Source of the DNA: a virus
Strand: one strand, 5' to 3'
Virus record (IMG/VR): IMGVR_UViG_3300035688_000002
Span: 1 to 64,000 of that record
DNA length: 64,000 nucleotides
Under the pieces are notes generated by a model, which had not been told where the DNA came from, did not search any database, and saw only the letters and a program-made list of their open reading frames with translations. Position numbers and translations under genes: made by a program. Positions 24,263-34,201 of the stretch are shown piece after piece (position 1 is the first letter of the stretch; each line of letters opens with the position of its first letter).

Positions 24263-25945
24263 TCAGTAATACTCAAATCTCCCACCGGAGAGAGCCGCTT
24301 TTACCGCTTTCTCCGTTTCTCTTACCAGTTTCGTCAGTCTCTCATCTGCTGACATTCTCATCAGTATAGAATCGAGTTCGCTCTCGGAAAGAGGCTTTCC
24401 ATCACCACCTCCAATAGCCCATGCCGTTTGCGGTTGTGGAGCTCCCTTCGACACGGGCGGAGTCTTCCCTGTTAGAGCAGGCCCTGGTGCAGTTTTAGGC
24501 ATTTTTTCTGGTTCAATCTCGGGTGATTTCCCTGGCTCAATGCCAGCCTGGGGGGCTGGTTTCTTTGCTGTAGGCTCTTGCATGCCTTTCATCATATCCA
24601 GAAGCTCGTCCGCTTCATTAGGAGACAGCCCCAACATCAATTTTCTGACTATCCATTCAATAGGGAGAGAAAGTCCCATTCCGCCATACAGAGTCACAAC
24701 TTCCGCTTTCAGCCTCTCGATAGTCCATTTGGCTTCTTCGTCGGGCGACCCTAACGCTGGGAATTTGAGCTTCCAGACAAAGGCTGTAGGATCGACACCG
24801 TTAATCATAAAGTTAAGTCTGTAAAGCTTCCTAAGACCCTGCGCAAGAGAATATCTGTGTCTTCTTACCACTCTCATAAAGGCAATGCCTTGCTGTTGCA
24901 GTGTGGCTTTGGCATTTACGTCTCTTTCATAACCCAGAAAAGCTTTTGGAACCTTTGTGGCACAAAAGAGCTTATTGTGGAAATGTTCCACATCCTCAAT
25001 TTGCCCCAAGTGTCTTTCTCCTCCAACTACCTCATAGTCAGAAGATGGTCTGTCTTTTCTGACTGGAACGTAAATGTCTTCAAGCGGCTGAAGCGGATCG
25101 AGTTCTGTCTTCAGCTTACCGTCGCTGGAAAAATAGAGACGCCTTTTATTCAAGAGCTTAACACGTCTTATGTATTTCAGGGCTTCTCTCTCACCCATAC
25201 CTGTAACATCGATTTTATGCTTGCCTCTCTGATTCGACCGAGCCACTCGGGTAACAACGACAGTGTCTTCGAGCAGCCTTTGGACTCTGAATGTCCTTCT
25301 CAATTTTCCAAACAGAGAGTAATCGACTCCATAGTCATCTTCTCCCACTTTAAAATGTATAATCTCCCACGGAGCAAACTGAGCTACGATGCTCAAGAAG
25401 TCTGCATCTCTTTGGATGTATGGGATGTCTGATTCTATGGAACCGTCTTTTTTGTAATTGATAAAGACCTCTGCAGGAGGGATGAATTTGATTTTGACAA
25501 TCTCGTTATCTGTAGAGCAAATCACTTCATAAAAGGCATCACCATATTTAATGACATTCCTTGACATGAACCACAGTCTGTCTTTGATTTGCAGCCTTTC
25601 ATCCAGTTCCTCAATGAGATTTGCCTCTTTGTCCAGTCCCTCTTTCTCAAACTCGACGTTGTAGGTTTCACTCATTTCGCCGCCTGCCGAAACGACAAAA
25701 TCTGCATGAAGATCGAGAGAAGAGGAAAGCTCAACAATGTCATCATCCATCTCGTCATAATCTTTGTATTTTTCGAGCCTTGCTGGCTTGAGCTCGAAGA
25801 GTTTAGATTTATCCCATGAATATTTGGGTCGCTCTGTTGTTATTCCAGGGAGATCACCTTCAGGCTCGCCTCCCTTTTTGAAGACTGAGGTGAGCCTTTT
25901 GATGAGACTTTTCTTTTCGGCTTCTGTCCCCGATGTGTCAGCCAT
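24263..25945 (-). CDS. portal protein (T4 gp20-like)
   Basis: LED..V..R..R...R....IDV, ED.YVP.R, L..IEDV..F..KL.....VP..FL motifs; lies between terminase and head genes. Confidence 0.88.
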   Translation of the reverse strand: MADTSGTEAEKKSLIKRLTSVFKKGGEPEGDLPGITTERPKYSWDKSKLFELKPARLEKYKDYDEMDDDIVELSSSLDLHADFVVSAGGEMSETYNVEFEKEGLDKEANLIEELDERLQIKDRLWFMSRNVIKYGDAFYEVICSTDNEIVKIKFIPPAEVFINYKKDGSIESDIPYIQRDADFLSIVAQFAPWEIIHFKVGEDDYGVDYSLFGKLRRTFRVQRLLEDTVVVTRVARSNQRGKHKIDVTGMGEREALKYIRRVKLLNKRRLYFSSDGKLKTELDPLQPLEDIYVPVRKDRPSSDYEVVGGERHLGQIEDVEHFHNKLFCATKVPKAFLGYERDVNAKATLQQQGIAFMRVVRRHRYSLAQGLRKLYRLNFMINGVDPTAFVWKLKFPALGSPDEEAKWTIERLKAEVVTLYGGMGLSLPIEWIVRKLMLGLSPNEADELLDMMKGMQEPTAKKPAPQAGIEPGKSPEIEPEKMPKTAPGPALTGKTPPVSKGAPQPQTAWAIGGGDGKPLSESELDSILMRMSADERLTKLVRETEKAVKAALSGGRFEYY

Positions 25946-26003
25946 TCTTCTTTTGCCTCCTTCGGAAATGAACCTCCACCATCGGGCTTCAAATTCATCT
26001 CCA

Positions 26004-26031
26004 ATCTTACAGCGTTTTTATAACTTGTCAA
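26004..26031 (-). promoter_or_regulatory. sigma70-type promoter for the portal gene
   Basis: TTGACA-16 nt-TAAGAT; shares TTGACAAGTTA with the promoter at 14538-14565. Confidence 0.6.
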
Positions 26032-26034
26032 CCT

Positions 26035-26415
26035 CTACCTCTTGAGATAAAATGTAGCAATAATTCCGCTACCTTCAGAAATAGACACTGAAGAGAGATG
26101 GAGCCCTCGAGGCGCTCCCTTGAGATGGGTTTTAATACCCTCAAAGACATAGCGAGCGAGCAGCTCGGGTGTTGGGTTCACCTCGTTGAAGGGCTCCACC
26201 TCATTGATACAGCGATGCTCAAAGTCAGCGATGACCTTGTTAAGCACTCGCGTCAGGTCTCTTGGATAAGCAATCATCCCCAGCTTGTTTAAGTTTTTGC
26301 TCTGGAAAAGAGCCTCAACTTGCCAAGAGTGACCATGCACATTGGCACAAGGCCCTTTCCAACCTGTAATAAAGTGTGCCGCCTGAAAGCTTGTAGCAAC
26401 CTTTACCTCATACAC
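26035..26415 (-). CDS. queD: 6-carboxytetrahydropterin synthase (QueD/PTPS)
   Basis: F.AAH......C...HGHS..V, H..IN, NPT.E.LA, V.ISE. Confidence 0.88.
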   Translation of the reverse strand: MYEVKVATSFQAAHFITGWKGPCANVHGHSWQVEALFQSKNLNKLGMIAYPRDLTRVLNKVIADFEHRCINEVEPFNEVNPTPELLARYVFEGIKTHLKGAPRGLHLSSVSISEGSGIIATFYLKR

Positions 26416-26428
26416 TTGTTTCCCTCCG

Positions 26429-26617
26429 TCAAGAACGCTTTATCTGGTCTTTCTCATGCCGGTCAGCATTGTCAATCCAGCGTGTAACCGCCGTGTAAGT
26501 GACTCCAAAGCGTTCCGCAATTCTATTTATCGAAAGTCCATCTTCGTGAAGGAGATGTCTTGCTCTGTAGCCAAGACTGATAATCTCTTCCGGTGTTCGA
26601 CGATGTATGCGGGCCAT
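26429..26617 (-). CDS. small HTH DNA-binding protein
   Basis: GLSINRIAERFGVTYTAVTRW. Confidence 0.75.
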   Translation of the reverse strand: MARIHRRTPEEIISLGYRARHLLHEDGLSINRIAERFGVTYTAVTRWIDNADRHEKDQIKRS

Positions 26618-26681
26618 GTTCCCTCCTTAGCAGAATTTGATGCCCTTGGGGGCTTAAACCCACTAACACCGCTACCAAAAA

Positions 26682-26876
26682 TCAGCCTGTCTTTGAGCCC
26701 TCCCATTCACGGATAGGCTCTAACCCTTCTCTGAGTTCCCTTGTTTTTATAAAGTCGAGATGTTCTCGCATCTCACTCTCAAACCCGTGATCGGGAATGA
26801 AACGAGCAACACCGTCGCTTCTCTTTACCAGAAAACCATTGTCAACCTGCATTACTTCAAGAGTTTTCTTTCCCAT
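26682..26876 (-). CDS. hypothetical protein
   Basis: RBS before ATG 26876; operon packing. Confidence 0.55.
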   Translation of the reverse strand: MGKKTLEVMQVDNGFLVKRSDGVARFIPDHGFESEMREHLDFIKTRELREGLEPIREWEGSKTG

Positions 26877-27049
26877 AATCTCTCCTCTGCAACCCACATA
26901 AGCTTATTGCCTCGGGTGCCATAAAAAGAGCGAATTAGACCGCGCCTTCTCAGAAGGCGGAGCTCCTGGCGCGTCAGCATCTCACCAGTTCTCAATGCCT
27001 GTCCGTTGTCAAGGGCTGACTGTGCTTTTATAAGCAATTCATCCGTCAA
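26852..27049 (-). CDS. hypothetical protein
   Basis: Operon packing. Confidence 0.45.
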   Translation of the reverse strand: MTDELLIKAQSALDNGQALRTGEMLTRQELRLLRRRGLIRSFYGTRGNKLMWVAEERLWERKLLK

Positions 27050-27051
27050 TC

Positions 27052-27468
27052 TCAGTTTATGACTAATCTTCCGCCTCCCCTTGCTTTATTACCCGGAAAT
27101 ATGATCAACGGTGACACAGAACGCACCATCTTATCCACGCTCTTTCTGAAATCTCCCTCGGCCTTGGGGTCTGTTGCTCTCTCGCTACGAAACTGGGCCA
27201 CTTTGGCAGGCGGGATAAACATACATTGATTGATAATGTTATCCACTGTGCTGATTTGAATCTGAAGGAGCTGTGACTGCTGGGGGTTGAGCCGCCCTGC
27301 CTGATGCAGAGTCTTAAGAGTCTCTTCCAGCATATCTCTGAAGAGAATCGTTCTATAAGCTATCAGATTCACTTGATCAAAGAGAGCAGCATATCTGTTT
27401 TGAAGTTCCTTCCAATCAAGTTTTACAGCCCATGCTGCCGGCCTTTTGGGTGAGTTAGGTGCTCCCAT
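27052..27468 (-). CDS. hypothetical protein
   Basis: ATG 27468 overlaps the upstream TAA; GGAGG RBS. Confidence 0.65.
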   Translation of the reverse strand: MGAPNSPKRPAAWAVKLDWKELQNRYAALFDQVNLIAYRTILFRDMLEETLKTLHQAGRLNPQQSQLLQIQISTVDNIINQCMFIPPAKVAQFRSERATDPKAEGDFRKSVDKMVRSVSPLIIFPGNKARGGGRLVIN

Positions 27469-27674
27469 TATTTCCCTCCTATAATCTGCCAAACATTCTC
27501 TTTGAAAAGATTCACTTTGACCCGAGGGCAGATTACAGTAAGATAGAGCTTTACAAAATCATCCATCCCACACTCTATCCTCATATCAGTTATGCCATCA
27601 ATGACTTCCCCTCCCTCGGTCATAACCTTTGTTCCACGAGAAGTTCCGTCGCTTTCGATCACGAGTTTTGCCAT
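27468..27674 (-). CDS. hypothetical protein
   Basis: Coupled to the terminase stop. Confidence 0.6.
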   Translation of the reverse strand: MAKLVIESDGTSRGTKVMTEGGEVIDGITDMRIECGMDDFVKLYLTVICPRVKVNLFKENVWQIIGGK

Positions 27675-27675
27675 C

Positions 27676-29763
27676 TTACCATCCCTCCGTTATTTTCGCT
27701 CGAGGCTTTTTCTTGGCCTTGTCTTCTTCGTCCATTTCTTTCAACAGCTCATCGTCTGTCACCCCATCAAGGAAGTCTTCTTCATCCAGCTCTGCTTCTG
27801 TCTTTTTGTGGGCGGGACGATCAAGGAGCCAATCGCGTGTGCTCTTATCGAGCTCCTCCTTCTCTGACATGGGATGCTCCATCACTCCCTTTTGGACTTC
27901 GTCAACGATGCTTAAATCCATGTTGGTGATAGCATTCCAAACAGCGCCAGCTACTGCATCCGAAACATCTTTGCTTCCGTTTGGAGGGTGATTTACCTTT
28001 CCTGTCTTCTGATCTCTAATGAGCTGCCTGAGTTCACGAAAGAGAGGCTCATAGTAGTAACACTTAAAGCGTCCCTCATAGATAGTCTCTTTGAGGACAT
28101 TGTATTGGTCTGAGGTTCTGTCCACAGACAGATAGCCGACTATGTCTTCGCCAAAGCGCTTTTTGAGAAGCTGCTGTGAGTCGCGGGACTGAAACTGGTC
28201 ATAAGTGATTTTCATAAACCGAAAGCCACATTGATGAGCCAGATCGTGAACGAGCTGACGAACATCCTCTATCTGAATCTCTCCTTCAAGAGGCGGAATG
28301 ATTCTCATGATCAAATCTGCCACAATTACAGGCTGGACTTCCTGAACGACTTCTGCTCTCTCTCCTTCCCTCGTCCTCATCACTTCTTTTATAGAAGCTA
28401 TATGGCAGACTGCTATTCCACACGCATCGTTCGTCAGTCCCAGGTCTATGTGACAGAAACGAGGGGCTTGAGGATTAATCAGAGACTGAGGACCATACTT
28501 TTTCATATTCACTATCGGATTCATCAGTTTGCTGAGCTTCAAAGCTGAGGGAAGGTCAGTGGATACGATTCCATTGCCATAAATCGAACTGAAAGGCATT
28601 GGAATTTTTGTGTCGGCACACTCTCTGATCTTCTCGTCATTCGTCATAAATCGATTGAGAGAGCGAAGATTGATACCGATAAAGTCTCTTATTGCTCCTT
28701 CTAGGTCTTTCACAAAGTAGGGCTTTAGTTCTACAGGCACTGCAATGACTCTGCCTTTTTCTGTGAAAGTCTTAAGCTCTTCTTCACTTTGAATAAGATG
28801 AGGGGAAGACCAAGCATCCCCTACAAAGACATGGAATTTCTCTCCTGAGTAGCGATGCTGCGGCTTTGTTTCCCAAGAAGAGTGAATGATGACTACCGTG
28901 TTTGGGTCATTCTCAGCGATGATTTTCTCCAAGAAGTCATCGGGATACTTAGCAGAGGAGTTTAGAATCAGTATTCCTGGGACTCTGCCGTGTCTCTGAT
29001 AACGAGACTCCATTCTCCTCCACACTGCGTCATGGATTTTCTTAGCCTGATCCCACTCTCTCTCGGCAGGATTGTGAATCTTCTTAGAACCTACTGTTAC
29101 TGGAAAGAAGTTTGCCTCTTCTATGACTCCTCCAAAGAGATTCTCTCCAAGAGGGGCTAATTCTGACGAAGACCCCGGTGCCACTGAAATAGAACGCTGG
29201 GGGAAATACACCAGAGATTGAATGTCTTGCCTTCTTCGCATCCTCTCCGAGAACCAGGGAGATTCGTCAATCATGTCTCTCAGTTGCTCAAAGAGAACTC
29301 TCCTTGCGTGAGTTGCAGTAACAGCGAGATTCATGAAAGCGATTCTCGTCCCTAGGGCAAGACCATAATAGGCCTGTGGGTTTCTAAGGCAGCCTAGCTC
29401 ATAAAGGAGACGGGCGAGGATAATACAGGAAAGGAATGTCTTTCCCCAACCGATTGCCCCACCCAACACTACCCTCAGTGGTCTGGGATTTGCCTCCATT
29501 ATGTCAAGGAAGTCCTTCTTGAGGACATCCCACATTGAGGAGCCAATGTGCCCAAAATAGTATGGGTCACTTATCCATTGAGCACATGAGACTGGGTCTG
29601 TTGGATAGAAGGCATATTTTTCTTTGAGATAAAGGGAAGGTCTGAGATACTTGGCACTCTTGGTCTTAGAGAAGGCATCTATAAGTAGACTAAGAGCCTC
29701 TTCTTCGCTCTCAAAGCCTAGGGCTTTTAAGCTCTCTTTGTCAATGAAGGTCGCTTCGGTCAC
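27676..29763 (-). CDS. terL: terminase large subunit
   Basis: Walker A GAIGWGKT, Walker B GGVIEE, RNase H-like HIDLG...D, TYDQFQS, H...GSKDVSDA. Confidence 0.9.
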   Translation of the reverse strand: MTEATFIDKESLKALGFESEEEALSLLIDAFSKTKSAKYLRPSLYLKEKYAFYPTDPVSCAQWISDPYYFGHIGSSMWDVLKKDFLDIMEANPRPLRVVLGGAIGWGKTFLSCIILARLLYELGCLRNPQAYYGLALGTRIAFMNLAVTATHARRVLFEQLRDMIDESPWFSERMRRRQDIQSLVYFPQRSISVAPGSSSELAPLGENLFGGVIEEANFFPVTVGSKKIHNPAEREWDQAKKIHDAVWRRMESRYQRHGRVPGILILNSSAKYPDDFLEKIIAENDPNTVVIIHSSWETKPQHRYSGEKFHVFVGDAWSSPHLIQSEEELKTFTEKGRVIAVPVELKPYFVKDLEGAIRDFIGINLRSLNRFMTNDEKIRECADTKIPMPFSSIYGNGIVSTDLPSALKLSKLMNPIVNMKKYGPQSLINPQAPRFCHIDLGLTNDACGIAVCHIASIKEVMRTREGERAEVVQEVQPVIVADLIMRIIPPLEGEIQIEDVRQLVHDLAHQCGFRFMKITYDQFQSRDSQQLLKKRFGEDIVGYLSVDRTSDQYNVLKETIYEGRFKCYYYEPLFRELRQLIRDQKTGKVNHPPNGSKDVSDAVAGAVWNAITNMDLSIVDEVQKGVMEHPMSEKEELDKSTRDWLLDRPAHKKTEAELDEEDFLDGVTDDELLKEMDEEDKAKKKPRAKITEGW

Positions 29764-29909
29764 TATAATTGGTCGCTACCTTTGTTCCCTCCAGCGGAAA
29801 GCTCCTGCTGGTTATCAAACAATTTGTCTCGCTAAGTGTCCCAGCCTGGACGACGGTTCCTCCCATTCTAGGATTCCTATGCTTCCAGGGAGGGTCTGCT
29901 ACGATCGTC

Positions 29910-31487
29910 TTATATTTCAAGATTTACCTCAGGTATGTCCTCAAGATACTTATAGTCTTTGGGGTCACTTCGTTTCTCAGGGTGTCTTTCTGGGCCTCTT
30001 GTCACTACGTATTGTTCCAGTTTCAATGCTATCTTCAAAAGCACCTCATAGTCAATGCCTGAGTCTATCATGTCATTAGGAAGCGACTCTCCTGGAGTCC
30101 ACCCTCTATCATGATCAAAGACACAGTTTGACTCCAGCCATGAGTCAATTTTTATCTTTGATTCACCAGAAGCACTGAGCTGCTGATTGTCCAGGTGATA
30201 AAGCCTGGCCCACTCACGCCCCCTAAATATCGTGCTTCCAACATAGCCGTTTGTAGCACAGAGCATGGCTTTCAGATAGCCACGAGATGAAGTAGAGACA
30301 TTGAAGAATCTGTGTCTCCTATTGCCTCTGAACTTTATTTTCTGATACACATCATCCTTCTGTCCGTTACCCAGAAAGGTTCTGTTATATATCGGACTCC
30401 AAGCCATCGGAGTGTTGTGACATGGATTGAAGTAAGTGAATTTGAAATAGAGCCTTCCTTTGTGTCCGCCCCAGTCTCTGCCCCAGAAGTCTATAAATTC
30501 GTCCATGTCCGATTGAAGAGTGTAAGGAAAGCCGTCGATGTAGAAGACCTTGAATTGACGGTTTCTGTTTGTCATAAACATTTCTTCGAGAAGCTTATTG
30601 GGAAGAGACTTATTGATGATTTTCCTTATCCTCTCAGAGTAGCCCTCTATTCCGGTTCTGACTATCCTAGATTTATGCTTAGAGCGAAGGAAAGAGGTGA
30701 TGGCTGCAGAGGAAGAGGCTGTCGTGATAAGATTGACGAGCTTCCAGTCAGTAAGATTATCTGAAATCCAACTCACATGGCTTCCTCTAAGATTCAAGTT
30801 CTTCTGATAGTAGCAAATCTTATTGGCATCGGCCTCTTCGTCCCAGGTCTCTACCCACCCTGGCTGACAAAAGTAACACTTTCTCTTACACCCTATCGTA
30901 GCAAGACAGGCATAAGAGCCTTCTGCAGTCTCGAAGGCTTTGTTCCTCTTCCAATCCACATAGTGATCATAAGAGATTCTGGGACTTCCTTCTACATAAG
31001 AGTGTTTGAGATTGAGAGGGTCATATCTTCTCCTGTGAATGTCAGGAACATAGGCGTTTGGGATTGTCTTAGCTACTTCCTCCAACAGCCACTTCTTGCT
31101 CTTCTTCTCCATCTTCCAGCGTTTAGCTATCTCCCTGAACTTTGGCATAAAGTTGAAAGCATGACCTACACAGAGGATGTCAAAATAACGCTCAATGGAA
31201 GCGGGAGCCTTTGAAACATTCCCTCCCAGTATCATCAGCTTGTCTTCTGACTTTCTGAAGGTGCGAATGAAATTCAGAAGCTTCTCTCCAGTATTCCCAT
31301 ACATTCCGCCTGCTGGAAAGACCAAGGCTGACCCGCAGCTAAAGGCAAAGATGTCGGCCTGGGAAGGCTCATGAACTCGTTCAAAGAAAGGGTCTTCTTC
31401 AAACAGCTCCCTAATCATGTAATAGCCAATGTCGACCAGCCCTGCTAAGACTGAGGAGGTCATAAAGAAGACTTTGAGTTTTTCCAT
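29910..31487 (-). CDS. radical SAM protein with B12-binding-like N-terminal domain
   Basis: GCKRKCYFC, GIEG.SER.R..INK; N-terminal ILGG...DI..VG Rossmann-like region. Confidence 0.8.
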   Translation of the reverse strand: MEKLKVFFMTSSVLAGLVDIGYYMIRELFEEDPFFERVHEPSQADIFAFSCGSALVFPAGGMYGNTGEKLLNFIRTFRKSEDKLMILGGNVSKAPASIERYFDILCVGHAFNFMPKFREIAKRWKMEKKSKKWLLEEVAKTIPNAYVPDIHRRRYDPLNLKHSYVEGSPRISYDHYVDWKRNKAFETAEGSYACLATIGCKRKCYFCQPGWVETWDEEADANKICYYQKNLNLRGSHVSWISDNLTDWKLVNLITTASSSAAITSFLRSKHKSRIVRTGIEGYSERIRKIINKSLPNKLLEEMFMTNRNRQFKVFYIDGFPYTLQSDMDEFIDFWGRDWGGHKGRLYFKFTYFNPCHNTPMAWSPIYNRTFLGNGQKDDVYQKIKFRGNRRHRFFNVSTSSRGYLKAMLCATNGYVGSTIFRGREWARLYHLDNQQLSASGESKIKIDSWLESNCVFDHDRGWTPGESLPNDMIDSGIDYEVLLKIALKLEQYVVTRGPERHPEKRSDPKDYKYLEDIPEVNLEI

Positions 31488-31501
31488 TAGAGACAGCTTC
31501 T

Positions 31502-31753
31502 TCAGACTTGCTCTTTCAGTGGCTCCTCTGCTGGTGTCTTCTCTGATATAAACCTCACCTGATACTCTACTCCAACCACGAACTCATCGGCTGCTTCTTT
31601 CGCAACAATAACCATCTCTAAATTCGCCACTGGAGTAGCACTACCAAACGGCTCACCTTTCACTCCCACCATCTTGATACGATAAGCAGAACCCTTCTCC
31701 CAATACTCAAACTCCGTCTTTTCACTCACACGAAACTTACATAATACCGTCAT
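31502..31753 (-). CDS. hypothetical phage protein
   Basis: CKFRV...F..ATP...LEM.I....A...F..G.EY.V.F pattern; AGGAG RBS. Confidence 0.65.
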   Translation of the reverse strand: MTVLCKFRVSEKTEFEYWEKGSAYRIKMVGVKGEPFGSATPVANLEMVIVAKEAADEFVVGVEYQVRFISEKTPAEEPLKEQV

Positions 31754-31767
31754 TGATTCTCTCCTTA

Positions 31768-32202
31768 TTAAGAATTTCTAATAATGTCAAAGGCATTGTC
31801 TAAATCACAGCTCTTTATCAAAAGCTCAAAGGAGCTGAAACCCATGGTTCTCTGTAAGAACTCTGTAAAAGCGTGTCCGCTAGCCTGGATGGCATTCTTT
31901 CCACTAATTGGCTCAAACTGCTCTCCCACGAGGATACATCCATGAGAATCATCGTCAATGTTTCCCTTATGAATGAGGATGCTAATTCTCCCAGAAACAT
32001 TCTTAACTTCAAAAGTATCTCCAAACTTAGGAGACTTAACTCTCTCACAGACATAGAATCCCTCTGGTATGCAACTCACGCCTTGCTCATTGTTCTGCCA
32101 CTTTCTCTCCAGCGTGAGGCAGAAAGGTACTTTCTCATCAAGCATGACACCAAAAGTCCCATCATCTGTAGATGGGACTCTAATGATTGTGATTCTTTTC
32201 AT
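31768..32202 (-). CDS. DUF5675-like protein (L,D-transpeptidase-like fold, candidate endolysin)
   Basis: T.G.......FC.TLE......SCIP.G.Y, V..R..ILIH.GN...D..GCILVG; start moved to ATG 32202. Confidence 0.75.
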   Translation of the reverse strand: MKRITIIRVPSTDDGTFGVMLDEKVPFCLTLERKWQNNEQGVSCIPEGFYVCERVKSPKFGDTFEVKNVSGRISILIHKGNIDDDSHGCILVGEQFEPISGKNAIQASGHAFTEFLQRTMGFSSFELLIKSCDLDNAFDIIRNS

Positions 32203-32209
32203 CTTCGTC

Positions 32210-32413
32210 TCATTTAGGCCATCCTTCATGGGTGGGACAGAGATGCTCCCACTTATCGGTCGCTTCGTCTTTTCTAATTCTCCATCCCCCTTCTTTCGCA
32301 AGACCAATAAAATCCATGAAAGACCCTGCCTCAATGCTTTCAGAACTTGAGCAAAAGTCACAGCAGATTTCCCACTCTCCTCCAGACTCATCTTCACTTA
32401 TCTTCTGAATCAC
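32210..32413 (-). CDS. small Zn-binding hypothetical protein
   Basis: CDFC ... AK..GW ... HLCP. Confidence 0.6.
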   Translation of the reverse strand: MIQKISEDESGGEWEICCDFCSSSESIEAGSFMDFIGLAKEGGWRIRKDEATDKWEHLCPTHEGWPK

Positions 32414-33323
32414 TTACACCCTCCGTCTTTTCAACAGCGGGACGTCCTGCTACCTCTTGCTCTCGATAAGACCTTTTCGTATAGTCAGGCTCACTCTTTT
32501 TCAAATCCTCTGTTGTCATGGTGTCTGCTCTCTTAGCTGCCTGTTTAGCCATTTCACTAGCTGGGGGCAAGACCCACACTGGGCCAATGTTTCTTGAGCG
32601 CTTCCCTGATATTTCAGGAAGAATCAGCTTGATAAAAGCTTTTGGCCCCATCTCTTTAAGTTTCAGACCTATTTCCTCAGCCATGTCGTGATCGACAAAG
32701 AAGTAATAGCGTCCGATTCTGACGTATGCCTTTGAGACTCCCCAGATTGAATTGCCTCCCTGTGAAGCCATGTATTGCATCTCAGAGTCTTCCATGTCTC
32801 TCTGCACTATCTGATATTCGGGTCCCTCTGTCCTGTGGAACATGACCTCCTGAAGATCGACATTTGGTAGTTCAACAAAGCTTCTCAGTTCCTCAGTTGG
32901 AAGCTGTATCTGACCGAGTAGCTCTGCCAGAGCTTCTGGGCTCACATCACCATACTGTGAATTATAGGTAAGAATCATCTCTTTGGCTTGTCTCTCGCCG
33001 TCTGCCTCAATCTCGACATAGGGAAGCTCGTCATTCTCAAGAACCATCTTATCTCTGTTTATCAGAGCTTTGACAGCGAAAATCCTTTGGTGTCCGTCAA
33101 GAATATAATTATGTCCCTTCCAAACAAAGATAGGGGCATTGAATCCGTTTCTCACAATGCTCGCTTTGAGCTTTGAAAGCTGCACTCTGTCCATGGTCTT
33201 TAGGTTTCCCTGAAACCGCTCGAATTCCTCAAGCTTCTTCATTGGAAGATTCCTAACTCGAAGTTGGATTTTTAGCCCAACTAACTCTCCTCCTTCCTGT
33301 TTCTCAATGGCTTCATCATTCAT
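32394..33323 (-). CDS. ParB/Srx-like N-terminal domain protein
   Basis: LK.SI..NGF..PI.V......ILDGHQR, L..NS..G. Confidence 0.8.
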   Translation of the reverse strand: MNDEAIEKQEGGELVGLKIQLRVRNLPMKKLEEFERFQGNLKTMDRVQLSKLKASIVRNGFNAPIFVWKGHNYILDGHQRIFAVKALINRDKMVLENDELPYVEIEADGERQAKEMILTYNSQYGDVSPEALAELLGQIQLPTEELRSFVELPNVDLQEVMFHRTEGPEYQIVQRDMEDSEMQYMASQGGNSIWGVSKAYVRIGRYYFFVDHDMAEEIGLKLKEMGPKAFIKLILPEISGKRSRNIGPVWVLPPASEMAKQAAKRADTMTTEDLKKSEPDYTKRSYREQEVAGRPAVEKTEGVSDSEDK

Positions 33324-33435
33324 TTTGCCCTCCTATTCGAGCCTTTCGCTCTATAATTGTAATTTCTGCGACGGACAGGTTGCTGTCCTAGTATTGAACC
33401 TCGGTTGTGTTTCCGTGCTACATTCGAAGTCTTAG

Positions 33436-33876
33436 TCATTCTTTCTCTCGCTTTTTCCCTCTCCGTCTGACTATAACAGCTACAATCGCTGTAATTAACG
33501 GTGAGAATTTTCCAATGATGCCACCCCAATCTGCCGCTTCACTCTTGAATTTCTCATACTTAGTCGGAGGAAGTGGAGAAGGAACCTCGGGAGGAAGAGT
33601 GGGAATTGGAGCTTCATATAACTTTAAACCCTTGTCATGCTTTGTTGGAGGAGCTGCTTTCTTCTCGCCCTTAATTGGAGGTGGAGGTGGAACTGGCGCT
33701 TTCCAATCCCATTTCTGGGTCTTGTGTAACGGAATAAGCACTTTCACACTTAGGGCCGGAAAGACTATCGGCTTCACCCAGAACCAGGCTGTCAGAGCCA
33801 GAGTCAATGCAACTAGTATCCAAACGATTGTTACTCTCATTCTCTTACTAGGGAGAGAGGGTGGGTGGCTTGCCAC
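33436..33876 (-). CDS. Pro-rich membrane protein
   Basis: N- and C-terminal hydrophobic helices, Pro-rich linker, basic tail. Confidence 0.55.
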   Translation of the reverse strand: MASHPPSLPSKRMRVTIVWILVALTLALTAWFWVKPIVFPALSVKVLIPLHKTQKWDWKAPVPPPPPIKGEKKAAPPTKHDKGLKLYEAPIPTLPPEVPSPLPPTKYEKFKSEAADWGGIIGKFSPLITAIVAVIVRRRGKKREKE

Positions 33877-34196
33877 ACATCTCCTGATGTGTCGGGATCC
33901 GCCACCCTCTGCTCCTGTTCAATTAATGTAAATCTAATTTTGCGCCGGAGCTTTATGAGCTTCTGGGTAGAAATCCCTACCTTGCCCACAGAAAAGAGCG
34001 AGCCATTCCAGTCATCCCGAACACTCACACTCTCGTTTCCATCTCCCAAACTTCTACGGAACACTCCTCCGTCTGGGAAACTGCTCCAACGACTTCCAAC
34101 TCCGTCTCCAGCCGGCACTACCCCGGCATTTCCGCGTCCCATATTACAGGCACGATCGGTGTCCTGATAATTAGACGATGGTAACAGAGTCGGCAT
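33837..34196 (-). CDS. hypothetical protein
   Basis: Fills the gap after the TerS-like gene; weak. Confidence 0.35.
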   Translation of the reverse strand: MPTLLPSSNYQDTDRACNMGRGNAGVVPAGDGVGSRWSSFPDGGVFRRSLGDGNESVSVRDDWNGSLFSVGKVGISTQKLIKLRRKIRFTLIEQEQRVADPDTSGDVWQATHPLSLVRE

Positions 34197-34201
34197 TCGA
34201 A

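Noticed and set aside
29764-29909. Possible riboswitch (e.g. preQ1 or cobalamin) upstream of terL
   Set aside because: Short hairpins are present but I could not match any riboswitch consensus
32203-32397. N-terminal extension of the 209-aa ORF
   Set aside because: It overlaps a more plausible Zn-binding ORF (32210-32413); the DUF5675-like domain begins at Met 32202
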